Notes under the pieces: model-generated | The model's input: only the letters and a program-made list of their open reading frames with translations | Told to the model about the DNA's origin: nothing | Database searches by the model: none | Translations under genes and position numbers: made by a program | In this document: positions 37,080 through 48,051 of the stretch, one piece after another | Position numbering within the stretch: the first letter of the stretch is position 1 | How the letters are laid out: every line of letters begins with the position of its first letter | Assembly (NCBI RefSeq): GCF_001194135.2 | Contig: NC_068981.1 | Coordinates: 58,263,136 to 58,327,135 of the forward strand | Length of the DNA stretch: 64,000 nt | Origin: Octopus bimaculoides | Taxonomy: Eukaryota | Reading direction: 5' to 3'

Positions 37080-37420
37080 GCATGGGTGTGTGATAAGAAG
37101 TTTGCTTCCCAACCACATGGTTCTGGGTTCAGTCCCACTGTGCAGAAACTTAGGCAAGTGTCTTCTACTATAGCCTTGGGCCAACCAAAGTTTTGTGAGT
37201 GAATTTGGTAAACAGAAACTGAAAGAATCCCAGTGTGTATGTGTGTGCATGTGTGTGTGATCTTTGTGCCTGTGCTTGTCTTCCCATCACCGCTTGACAA
37301 CCAGTGTTGGTGTGTTTATGGCTCTATGACCTCAGCAAAAGAGACCAAAAGAGTAAGTATGTACTAGGCTTAAAAATTAATTCCTGGGGGTGATTTGTCG
37401 GACTGAAACCCTTGAAGGGG
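37080..37420 (+). mobile_element. SINE family A
   Basis: GAAGTTTGCTTCCCAACCACATGGTTCTGGGTTCAGTCCCACTG head and family-A tail. Confidence 0.85.
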
Positions 37421-37489
37421 ATGGGATAAACTACCTGCATCAACTTGCTATAAAAACAGGTAATGATTTTACCTTGTCCTTATTCTTAG

Positions 37490-37970
37490 TGCAAGTTTTG
37501 AAGAGTGCAATTCGATTTTAACAGTTATTTTTTCAAAGCTATAATGGAAGTGACAAAAGAGCATATTCAGCATATTTTGCTTTCTGATTTCAATAAAGGC
37601 AACAACGCAACAGAAAGTACCAGGAATATTAATGCAGTATATGGGGATCGGACAAAAAGCATAAGCCAGTGTCAAGGGTTTCCAGAAATTCCAAGCTGAA
37701 GATAAGCCTTATTCTGGAAGATTTGTAGAGCTCAACAAGGATGTCCTGCAAATCTTGGTGGAACAAAATCCCATCGTAACTGTTGAGGAACTAGCAGTTG
37801 GATTTGGTCAGTCAACCATTCATCAACACCTGTGTGCCATCAGAAAGTCAGTAAGTTGGGTCACTGGGTTCCTCACAAACTTTCTGGGTCTAATCATGTG
37901 CAGAGAGAGAATATGTGTACTTCTTTGCTGTCATATCTCATGAATGAACCTTTTTTGGACCAAATGGTGA
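37490..37970 (+). mobile_element. Mariner transposase N-terminal fragment (pseudogene)
   Basis: MEVTKEHIQHILLSDFNKGNNATESTRNINAVYGD (HTH), then VEQNPIVTVEELA...STIHQHL and a WVPH-like segment, with frameshifts. Confidence 0.85.
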
Positions 37971-38039
37971 TGAGAAGTTTTGCACAGGAATTGAGGTAAT
38001 TTGATGATTACCTAATGCTGCACTCAAAATAGTGATGCC

Positions 38040-38870
38040 TCTCTGCTACTGAAAGTTAGCAAGTGTCACATCTAGTTTATGGGTGTTGTGAAAGAGATGG
38101 AACAAATCTGTGGGAGATAATTAAAGGTGGATTCCATCAAGTGTTATGTACCTTCACCCTCAAAAATTTGAGTGAGTGGTAAATGTCATCAAAGTGGGGT
38201 TGGGATGCAGATGGTGTGGAATTAATATGTGTACAGAAGGTGTTGTGAAAGAGGGTATAGAGTACACACCCAATCTGAACCCATGTGTGGGTGTATATGC
38301 TTATGTTTACATGTGTAAGGTCGAGTGTGGTCGACACTGCTCGACTCATGTTGCGGTGGTGGGAAGACTGATAGTGGAAATCCTAATGTTTATATCCATG
38401 GTGGAGTCTGTAGGTAACCAATCATATACTGCCTTTCATTTGGGCATGAGTGGAAAACCTTGCACTTTCAGTTTAAATAAATGTCTGGGTGAAAGAGTTC
38501 TTGAGTACAGTTCTTTTCTCAACCAGGCATAGCCTGCACTTCCTGCTACTGTCAAATAATGCTTGCACTTCTCCAGCACTCTCCACTTGGTGTTGTAAAC
38601 TGTGGTACCTTCCTTCAATGACCATACATGCCTAGACTGAGCTGTAACATTACATTTTTTCTGGATATTAAAGGAGAACTTATGATTGTTAAATTTAGCC
38701 CTAAAAGGACCTTCTGTTGCACCCTCATACTTCTGCATATTTGTCTGCCCTCTGGGTTCCTTTGACATCCTTTTCGCCTCATATATGACAGCCTGTCTTG
38801 CATTGGAGGTGGGGTACATTACACAAGGGAACATGTAGTGTTGCCTCTGAATGACCATACTTCTTCTGTC
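38040..38870 (-). mobile_element. Penelope-like element fragment: GIY-YIG endonuclease plus 3' region
   Basis: VIYEAK...KYEGATEGPFRAKFNNHKFSF...SRHVWSLKE...YNTKWRVLEKC, then RKCRLCLVEK after a frameshift. This is the PLE endonuclease signature. Confidence 0.85.
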
Positions 38871-39266
38871 TTAGATGTGGGCCAACCAGCTAATATTTTA
38901 TTTATACAATTTGTACTGCTAGAAGAAACTCTTAAGGTATGTCAATTATATATTTTATTGAACTTATTCATACAAAAAATGTGTTTATCCACTAAACTAA
39001 GAAAGGTCTTACCTACACTTACTACATTTGTTGCCCTACAGTAGGAAAGAGTTACCTCTGTATTTTTTTATACGCACCACTCACACGAATATAGTGTTAG
39101 GTAATCACCTAGTTACCCAATACCTGTGTGAAACCAATTGGTAAGATCAGCTGAAATGGAGCTATGACATGGTATATTATAATGGTTAATATACTCGTTC
39201 TATTGACTAATATATGGGTGTCTGTTTTTTTCTGATCTATGGATTCTTAGATGACTATACATATAT

Positions 39267-39761
39267 AGGATCTTTTTTAAAACGGGGGCCACATTTTTCA
39301 TTAACGAAACACTTTGAAACTTGGAACACTGGTAGAATGTGTCATATAAAACATCTTTTTCTCTTAGTTTTCTTAAAAAAAAAAGAAATCCCTAAGTTAT
39401 TCCATGTTAAAGTTGTCGTATTTCTGTAATTTCAACCAATCACTGACGTCCATTCAGCCGATATACATTAAGTGCCGACTACATAAACAAACGATTCTGA
39501 AACAATTCTATCGGTGATAGGGTTAGGGTTAGGGTTAGGGTAAAACAGCAAATTTAAAAAGAAAAAAGCAAATAAAGCGAAGAANNNNNNNNNNNNNNNN
39601 NNNNNNNNNNNNNNNNNNNNNNAATAAATTCGAATACAAAAATATTTTTCTGTTCTATAACACAAAATAGATAAGTATACGAAGTTTGAAAGTCTTTCGG
39701 TACCAAAAACACTACGTAAAACATTAATGAAAAATGTGGCCCCCGTTTTAAAAAAGATCCC
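39267..39761. mobile_element. MITE with about 37-bp TIRs carrying an internal (TTAGGG)n tract
   Basis: GGATCTTTTTTAAAACGGGGGCCACATTTTTCATTAA ... TTAATGAAAAATGTGGCCCCCGTTTTAAAAAAGATCC with ATAT/TA flanks. AGGGTTAGGGTTAGGGTTAGGG at about 39519-39540. Confidence 0.9.
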
Positions 39762-39787
39762 ATATATACACACAAACATACATACAT

Positions 39788-39822
<35 letters not shown>

Positions 39823-41023
39823 TGCATGCATACATTCATGCATGCATGCATACATGCATACATACATACATACATACATACATACATACATACATACATA
39901 CATAAAGATGTATATGTATATCATGCTTTCACACAATTTACCATCTACCAAATTCCATTTACAAGGCATTGGTCAACTTGAGAATACAGTAGAAAATAGT
40001 ACTGCAAAGCGCTGCACAGTGAGATTGGACAAGGAACCATATGGTTCTGAAGTGAACTTCTTGCCCACAGGTCTACTCTTGCACATTCTTCATTTCAGAA
40101 ATGTTATTTTTCAATTGCTGTCATGCGGAAAGCTACAGATAATGTCAAATGATGATGCTCCCCCAACACACTGTGCAAATTGTGAATATGGAATTAATGT
40201 CGATTGTTATTTAACTCGAACCTGATGTCAGACAAAAGTAAATCATTGTTACCATATCATCAGCATTATCAGCATCATCATCATTGTTGTTGTCATTATC
40301 ACTCCCACCAAACCTTGGAGTTGATAGAGTGTGGGTTGGAGAGTATCCTGTCAGTACTTGCAATAATAGATCAGTCTGGCAGGAAGCTTCTGATGTAATT
40401 AATAAGAGCTTTATGGAGACTAAAGTCAAAGAGAAAAGTTACAAGGTTTTCACACCAAAAGCAACTGAAAGCTTTGTTAATGCCAATGCCAATAATATTG
40501 TTTTTACTGGTAAATTACTGGCAAGTGACATAGAAGAGCAATTCTCAAGTAGATCTGGCTGTATTTCAGCAAATCCAGGAGACAACTCCAGGCATGTTTC
40601 TGCTTTATTATGGCTTCATCAGTGAAGCATAGACCTCACTGTACTTACTGAAATAGTAATGGGAGAATCATGAAATACATGCACAAGATTATAAGTACAC
40701 TCTATGGCATAGAATAGAAGAATTGGTTAGAGAATAAATAAATCTGCTTGCAAAACCATAGTCAAGCCACTGTTGATATTTTGCCAATGTTTAGAGTAAA
40801 ATTTAAACCCATTCTCATAAATCTTTGTGTCGTTTTATCATGTCATTACTTTTATCTGGATGTATCAACAATATAACAACACTATGAATGCTAATAGGTT
40901 AAACACTATAAATACTATGAAGCCATTGACTAATAATTATAAAATTCTTATCAATTAAAAATACATGTGATGTGCAATATAAGTTATGTAATAGTCATCA
41001 ATGACTTGTGCATGGAAATAAGG

Positions 41024-41130
41024 AGGTAAATAAAGAAAATCAGCTGTAAATAGGTAAATAAAGAAAATCAGCTATAAATAGGTAAATAAAGAAAATCAGC
41101 TATAAATAGGTAAATAAAGAAAATCAGCTG
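41024..41130. repeat. 28-bp minisatellite, about 3.8 copies
   Basis: Unit AGGTAAATAAAGAAAATCAGCT(G/A)TAAAT. Confidence 0.95.
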
Positions 41131-41461
41131 CCTAATTCCCAAATGTTCAGATTATACTAGCACTGACATTGCTTTGATTTTGATATTGAAATATTAGCAA
41201 TGATAGATGACACCATATTGATTTTAAAGTCTTCCTGTTATTCGATCATCATGTTTACATGTTACCATGAAAATCAGATCACTAACCACATTCTATTTGC
41301 TCAGCACTTTCTGATATTGTAATTTTAATCCTTAATCAAATTTTCTAAAAAAGAAACTTAAAAAGAAAATTAATTTTTTTAAACATGCATACACATCAGA
41401 AAATATTTCATCACTTGTCATCTGTTGTTGCTTTTTTATAATCTATTTTCTTTGATTCCAG

Positions 41462-41512
41462 ATCCTTAATCACAACTTAGAAGAGCAAATTTTAAAATAT
41501 TTCTTCACTTTT
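41462..41512 (+). CDS. Candidate 51-nt exon ILNHNLEEQILKYFFTF (phase 0-0)
   Basis: TTTTCTTTGATTCCAG acceptor, only frame 0 open, T|GTAATT donor. The phase fits exon 36078-36166. Confidence 0.55.
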
Positions 41513-42070
41513 GTAATTTGTGGGGAAATTTATAAGTGTTTATTAGTTCTACATGTAAGAAAATATATTACATGAAAATTATACATTTGACTTTACCTCT
41601 AAATGTCTTTATGGTTAGAAAATTAATTTTAATTTTAATAAAATTTTAATTTTAATATTTCTTGAAATGAAAGTTGAATTTGTTTTTATATATATAATTT
41701 TGTGGTTGCATTAAAAATTGTATCTATTGCTATTTATCCCAAATTGAAAAATAATTAGTATGACTGCTAAATAAATAATTCATTTATAAATATTTTTATT
41801 AAATTATGAGAAATTTCTACCTTGGAGAAATTACATAGCTTTGACTTTGAGATAAGTCATTATTAGAGATTTATTAAAATATTAAACAGGGATTAGGCCT
41901 CCAATATTCTCTTTTGAGATTTTAAATTCTTCACACTTTGCAGAATAACAGATGATGGCCATTGTACTTTAACGCTACTAGGTCATTAGAGAATCACTGA
42001 AGACTAAGTATTTATGCTGTAATTTAAGGAAGGGACAGACTGGAGTAATTTTGCAACACTTTTTCTACAG

Positions 42071-42131
42071 GATGACTTAATTTATCTCTGTGATCTAACA
42101 AAGCAGTCATTATTTTTACAGTGTTGTGATG
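42071..42131 (+). CDS. Candidate exon DDLIYLCDLTKQSLFLQCCD (phase 0-1)
   Basis: TTTTTCTACAG acceptor, only frame 0 open, G|GTAAAC donor. Confidence 0.4.
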
Positions 42132-42559
42132 GTAAACTGCATGACTACGTGGTACCATGTGGGCGAACTTAGTTATTGAAGGTTAAGTACATAGACTTTG
42201 ACCACAATTTAGTGAAGGTGGCAGAATCAAGGTGATAATATCTTGATTATTTTTCCTAGTAACTTGACTGATCAGATGTGCTTAAGTCTTTTTATAGTAA
42301 AAGTGTATCAAATAAGTTGGAAAATGTTGCAATTTCACAAATGGTTTTATGGCCTATAAAAGCAAAAAAGCTGCAAGAACATTAAATATTTAAACTGAAC
42401 ATTAAACATTTCAGTATGGTTGCAAAACAGAAACTTAGAGAAAATGTGTAAAAATAAAGATTAATTTAATTTATTCAGTAACCTATGCAATCATGTAACT
42501 GACTGTTACACTAAATATTGATGTAGGTATGGCTGCAGTCAAGAAGTTCCATCCTCCGC

Positions 42560-43640
42560 TTCATCTTCATCATCATCATCATCATAATCATCATCATCAT
42601 CATCATTCATAATCATTTTATATTTACTTTTTTCATTTTTTTACTTCTTTCATGGGTTGGATAGGTTATAACATTCAGATCAGTTCTTATTCAGAGCCAC
42701 ATCTCATTTGTCCATTTCATTTTAGCATAATTTTTCAACTAGCTGCTCTTCATATCTTTAACCACTTTACAGAGTGTACTGGTTGCATTTTATCATTCAC
42801 TATAGAAGTTGTCTTGTCCCTAACTAGACTAAAGAATCCTCTCGACTCTCTCTACGATTGTTCTTTCACTAACCCTAGAGGGTTTTCTCATCTCCAGCAA
42901 GATTAAAGAGTCCTGTCTTCCCTGCATTGTCTTCAAACATTTATTTCTTTCTTTCCAATACAATTTGATGAGAAGAGAGCCTGAATGAAAGAGTGATAGA
43001 AGAGTAAAAGAAAAAAAAGAACTAGAGTGATAGGAACAAAAGTGTGAAAGAAAAAGAGGGAGAGATAGACATGAAGTTTGTTGGTAAGGAGATTGAATAG
43101 AAGCAACATGACTAAGAGAATGATAGAAGGTGTGGGGTGCTAATGAAAGAGAACCAGAGTGATAGGAACATGAGAAATCAAAGGAAGAGAGTGAAAGAGA
43201 GTGATAAAGAGCTACATAATGGTTGTTGGTATAGACATATAAACAGCATGAATAACATGAGAACAGAGAGACTTACAGAAGAAAACAAGACAATAGATAA
43301 GAGGGTATGGAAAGTAAAATAGAGTGATGGAAGAGAGAAAGGCTAGTGAAAGTAAGAGATTAATTGGAGAGAGAATGTGATGGGAGAGAAAGGTAGAAAG
43401 AGAGATGGATGTAAATGAGGAGTGATAAAAAGAGTAGTAATGTAAAAGACAGGTATAGATAGCTATGGTAAAAGAGTGGGGAGTAATGACTGTCAGTAAT
43501 GAGCAACATGGATAGAAATAATTGGAAAACATGAGAGAGAATAATGTTTATTAATAGAGATAGGGGTAATGGTGAGTGATAGATTGAAGACAGAGTCCCT
43601 CATTACACAAGGGTGGTTGTGTTGGTAGTGGGGCACGCGC
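42560..43640 (-). mobile_element. Old RTE-tailed non-autonomous element, related to 616-1310
   Basis: On the minus strand: pyrimidine-rich body, GACAAGACAACTTC...ATGATAAAATGCAACCAGTACACTCTGTAAAGTGGTT, and a (GAT)n tail at 42560-42610. Confidence 0.45.
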
Positions 43641-43664
43641 ATGTGTGTATGTATATGTGTATAG

Positions 43665-43794
43665 GTGCAAGTGTGGCTTCCCAACCACATGGTTCCGGGT
43701 TCAGTCCCACTGTGTGGTACTTTGGGCAAGTGCCCTCTGTTATAGCCTTCTGCTGACCAAAGCTTTGTGAGTGAATTTGGTAGGCGGAGACTGA

Positions 43795-43846
<52 letters not shown>

Positions 43847-44059
43847 TTGTGTGTCAGTATTTGTCCCCCCACCATTGCTTGACAACCAATGTTAGTGTGC
43901 TTACGTCCCTGTAACTTAGTGGTTCAGTAAAAGAGAGAACAATAGAATAAGTACAAGGCTTACAAAGAATAAGTCCTGGGGTCAACTTGTTTGACTAAAG
44001 GCAGTGTTCCAGCATGGCCACAGTCAAATGAATGAAACAAGTAAAAGAATAAAAGAATA
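43665..44059 (+). mobile_element. SINE family A, full length
   Basis: Head GGCTTCCCAACCACATGGTTCCGGGTTCAGTCCCACTG to tail GAAACAAGTAAAAGAATAAAAGAATA. Confidence 0.9.
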
Positions 44060-44060
44060 T

Positions 44061-45893
44061 AGGGTCCCCCGATCCCTTATCTGGTGGTCAATGAGGAAAC
44101 TAAGGATAGATGAATGGTTAGTGAGAGCTGTGCAAGCCATGTACAGGAACACTGTCAGTAAGGTGAGAGTTGGCAATGAGTACAGTGAAGAATTCCGGGT
44201 AGAGGTAGAGGTCCACCAAGGTTCTGTCCTCAGTCCCCTCCTATTTATCATAGTCCTCCAGACAATAACACAGGAATTCAAGACAAATTGCCCCTGGGAG
44301 CTCCTCTATGCTGATGACCTTGCTCTAATTGCTGAGTCACTACCAGAACTAGAAAAGTTTCAGGTGTGGAAGTAAGGATTAGAATCGAAGGGCCTTAGAG
44401 TCAACATAGCTAAAACCAAAGTCCTAATAAGTAGAAAGGTAGACAAACCACAAACCCCTTCAGGTAGATGGCCCTGCTCGATCTGTAGGAAAGGTGTAGG
44501 TAGAAACTCTATAAGATGTACCCAGTGTAAGCTATGGACACATAAGAGGTGCAGCAATATCAAAGGAAGGCTAACTAGCAAGCTAGTTTTTGCATGTGGC
44601 AGATGCTCAGGAGCAATAAACACTGGAAATGTGCGGAGGACAACTTCTGCCACATTCCAGGGAGAAAAACTAGAAGTAGTTGATAGCTTCCATTACTTAG
44701 ATGACCAAGTCAGTAGTGGGGGAGGGTGCGCTGAAAGTGTAGCTGCTAGAATAAGAATAGCCTGGGCAAAGTTCAGAGAGCTCTTACCTCTGGCTTTTAC
44801 TCTGAGCGAGAAGACAAAGGGCTTCTTGCTCAGAGTAAAAGTCAGACTGTATGATGCATGTGTATGGACAGCCATGCTACATGGCAGTGAAACATGGGCC
44901 GTGACTGCTGAGGACATGCATAAGCTCACAAGGAATGAAGCCAGTATGCTCCGATGGATGTGTAATGTCAGTGTGCATACTCGACAGGGCATAAGTGCCT
45001 TGAGAGAAAAGTTGGACCTTAGAAGCATCAGTTGTGGTGTGCAAGGGAGACGATTGCACTGGTATGGTCATGTAGCGAGAATGGACGAGGATAGCTGTGT
45101 GAAAAAGTGCCACAGCCTAGCGGTTGAGAGTACCCATGGAAGAGGTAGACCCAGAAAGACCTGGGATGAGGTGGTGAAGCACGACCTTCGAACATTAGGC
45201 CTCACTGAGGCAATGACTTGTGACCAAGACCTTTGGAAACATGCTGTGCGTGAGAAGACCCGGGCAAGACAAATGAGACCATAACCTGTGGCCTTTACCA
45301 GGGGTGTAGTCAGCCCACTTATGCGTACCTTTCCTTCTTTGAACACAAAACCCTGCTTGCGAAGACCTGTTGAGGCAAGTGAAATCGAAATCGAAAATTG
45401 AACCAAATTCGTTGACTGGCACTCATGCCAACCTTCCTTCATTGGACACTAAACACAGCTTGCGAAGACCTGTTGGGCAATTGAGATCAAAACTGAACCA
45501 AATTCGATGACTGGCGCCCATGCCAATGGAGTGCTGGCAGCACCATCCGAGCAGGATCACTGCTGGAGCAGCGATCTTGCTTCCATGTCAGTTGCACGTA
45601 AAAAGTACCATTTGAGCACGATCGTTACCAGCTTCACCTTACTGGTATTCGTGCTGGTGGCATGTGAACAAAACATTGGACTGACTCCTGTGCAGGACTG
45701 GCCCTTGTACCGGAGGCATGTCAAAAGCACCCACTACACTCTTGGAGTGGTTGGTGTTAGGAAGGGCATCCAACTGTAGAAACTCTGCCAAATCAGATTG
45801 GAGTCTGGTGTAGCCATCTGGTTTGCCAGCCCCCAGTCAAATCGTCCAACCCATGCTAGCATGGAAAACGGACGTTAAATGATGATGATGATA

Positions 45894-45925
<32 letters not shown>

Positions 45926-45950
45926 AATGATGATGATGATGATGATGATA
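44061..45950 (+). mobile_element. Best-preserved RTE LINE copy: RT domain (5'-truncated) to 3'UTR and (GAT)n tail
   Basis: RVPRSLIWWSMRKL...VHQGSVLSPLLFIIVL...WELLYADDLALIAES (RT YADD motif), then a 217-aa C-terminal ORF. Confidence 0.97.
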
Positions 45951-45957
45951 TATATAT

Positions 45958-46347
45958 AAGGCAGACTGTATGACGCATGCGTACGAACGGCCATGCTACA
46001 TGGCAGTGAAACATGGGCTGTAACTGCTGAGGACATACGTAAGCTCGCAAGGAATGAAGCCAGTATGCTCCGTTGGATGTGTAATGTCAATGTGAATACC
46101 CGTCAGAGTGTAAGTATCTTGAGAGAAAAGCTGAACATTAGAAGCATCAGTTGTGGTGTGCAAGAGAGACAACTGCGCTGGTATGGACATGTGGTGAGAA
46201 TGGATGAGGATAGCTGTGTGAAAAAGTGCCACACCCTAACAGTTGAGGGAACCCGTGGAAGAGGTAGGCCCAGGAAGACCTGGGCTGAGGTGGTGAGGCA
46301 AGACCTTCGTACATTGGGCCTCACCGAGGCGATGACTACTGACCGAG
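45958..46347 (+). mobile_element. RTE LINE C-terminal fragment running into a gap
   Basis: MLHGSETWAVTAEDIRKLARNEASMLRWMC...GRGRPRKTWAEVVRQDL. Confidence 0.95.
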
Positions 46348-46907
46348 NNNNNNNNNNNNNNNNNNNNNNNNNNNNNNNNNNNNNNNNNNNNNNNNNNNNN
46401 NNNNNNNNNNNNNNNNNNNNNNNNNNNNNNNNNNNNNNNNNNNNNNNNNNNNNNNNNNNNNNNNNNNNNNNNNNNNNNNNNNNNNNNNNNNNNNNNNNNN
46501 NNNNNNNNNNNNNNNNNNNNNNNNNNNNNNNNNNNNNNNNNNNNNNNNNNNNNNNNNNNNNNNNNNNNNNNNNNNNNNNNNNNNNNNNNNNNNNNNNNNN
46601 NNNNNNNNNNNNNNNNNNNNNNNNNNNNNNNNNNNNNNNNNNNNNNNNNNNNNNNNNNNNNNNNNNNNNNNNNNNNNNNNNNNNNNNNNNNNNNNNNNNN
46701 NNNNNNNNNNNNNNNNNNNNNNNNNNNNNNNNNNNNNNNNNNNNNNNNNNNNNNNNNNNNNNNNNNNNNNNNNNNNNNNNNNNNNNNNNNNNNNNNNNNN
46801 NNNNNNNNNNNNNNNNNNNNNNNNNNNNNNNNNNNNNNNNNNNNNNNNNNNNNNNNNNNNNNNNNNNNNNNNNNNNNNNNNNNNNNNNNNNNNNNNNNNN
46901 NNNNNNN

Positions 46908-46939
<32 letters not shown>

Positions 46940-47724
46940 CAGGTTGAATCAAAAGTCTTTTTGTATTCCAAGCTTTAATTAATAGTTCAAACAAATGACC
47001 TACAAAATGCATTTATTCATCAAAATATGTCCCATCTTATTCTACTGTCTGTTGCCATCATTATGGCTGGAGTTCAATTCCATGCTTATACCATTTGGCT
47101 AGTTTTGAGACAAAAAACTCTGTACCCCCATTTCTAACCTCATCCACATTGTTGAACCTGCTGAAATGCAGTAAACTAGTTACTGATCCATTTAAAATGA
47201 GACCTGTAACCAACAATGTTACTGTCCACCAATTGTGACATAAATAAATAAATAAATAAATAGATATATGAATAAATGAATAAATAAATAAGTAAATAAA
47301 TAAGTAAATAAAATCAATACAGTCTCTATACCAAATTCCATGACTGAAAAAGAAATGAAAGATGTGTAAATATTGCTGAGACTTGATAAAATATATAATA
47401 GTTTGATAGCATATGGAAAACATATTTTAGCAGTTACATTTTTATCCAATTTCCAGTCACATCTTTGGGACTTAACTAGATCATTTCCATTATTTTACTA
47501 ATAATTCTTCCATAACCACTTCAGTTGCATTCATACATTCTTGGTCTCGGCTGCATCAAATTTTATTCAGTTTAGTTGTCAAGTCTCATGACACTGATTG
47601 TTAAAAATCCTTCTGAGTGAGGAAATTATTTTAATTACCTGAAATTCAGGAATTCAGGTAATTCAGGTAATTACCTGATTACCTGAAATTCAAAACATTA
47701 GTCTCTTTACAAGAGTGGAGATGC

Positions 47725-47960
47725 ATAGCTTAGTGGTTGGGGTGTTGGACTCATGATCATAAGATTGTGGTTTCAATTTCTGGACTGGGCGATGCGTTAT
47801 GTTCTTGAGCAAAAACTTCATTTCACATTTCTCCAGTTCCCTCAGCTGGCAAAAATTAGTAATCCTGTGAAGGACCAGAGTCCCATCTAGGTGAAGGAAT
47901 ATATACACCATGAAACTGAGAAACCGGCCCTTATGAACCAGTATGACTCAAGAAGTTAAC
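47725..47960 (+). mobile_element. SINE family C-like
   Basis: TAGCTTAGTGGTT A-box-like head, GGTTTCAATTTC B-box-like motif and GTTCTTGAGCAA core. Confidence 0.7.
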
Positions 47961-47982
47961 TTTACCTTTTATCGCTTTATAG

Positions 47983-48051
47983 GATCTTGTCCTCCTTATA
48001 AAATACAATCAAGAACCACAGAAACAAGATGTGCTCTGTACATTTCTTAAG
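47983..48051 (+). CDS. 69-nt exon DLVLLIKYNQEPQKQDVLCTFLK (phase 0-0)
   Basis: CTTTTATCGCTTTATAG acceptor, only frame 0 open to the AAG|GTGAAT donor. Confidence 0.65.

Noticed and set aside
39519-39541. TTAGGG repeats as a chromosome end or fusion site
   Set aside because: Only about 3.5 units, located inside a TIR-bounded MITE.
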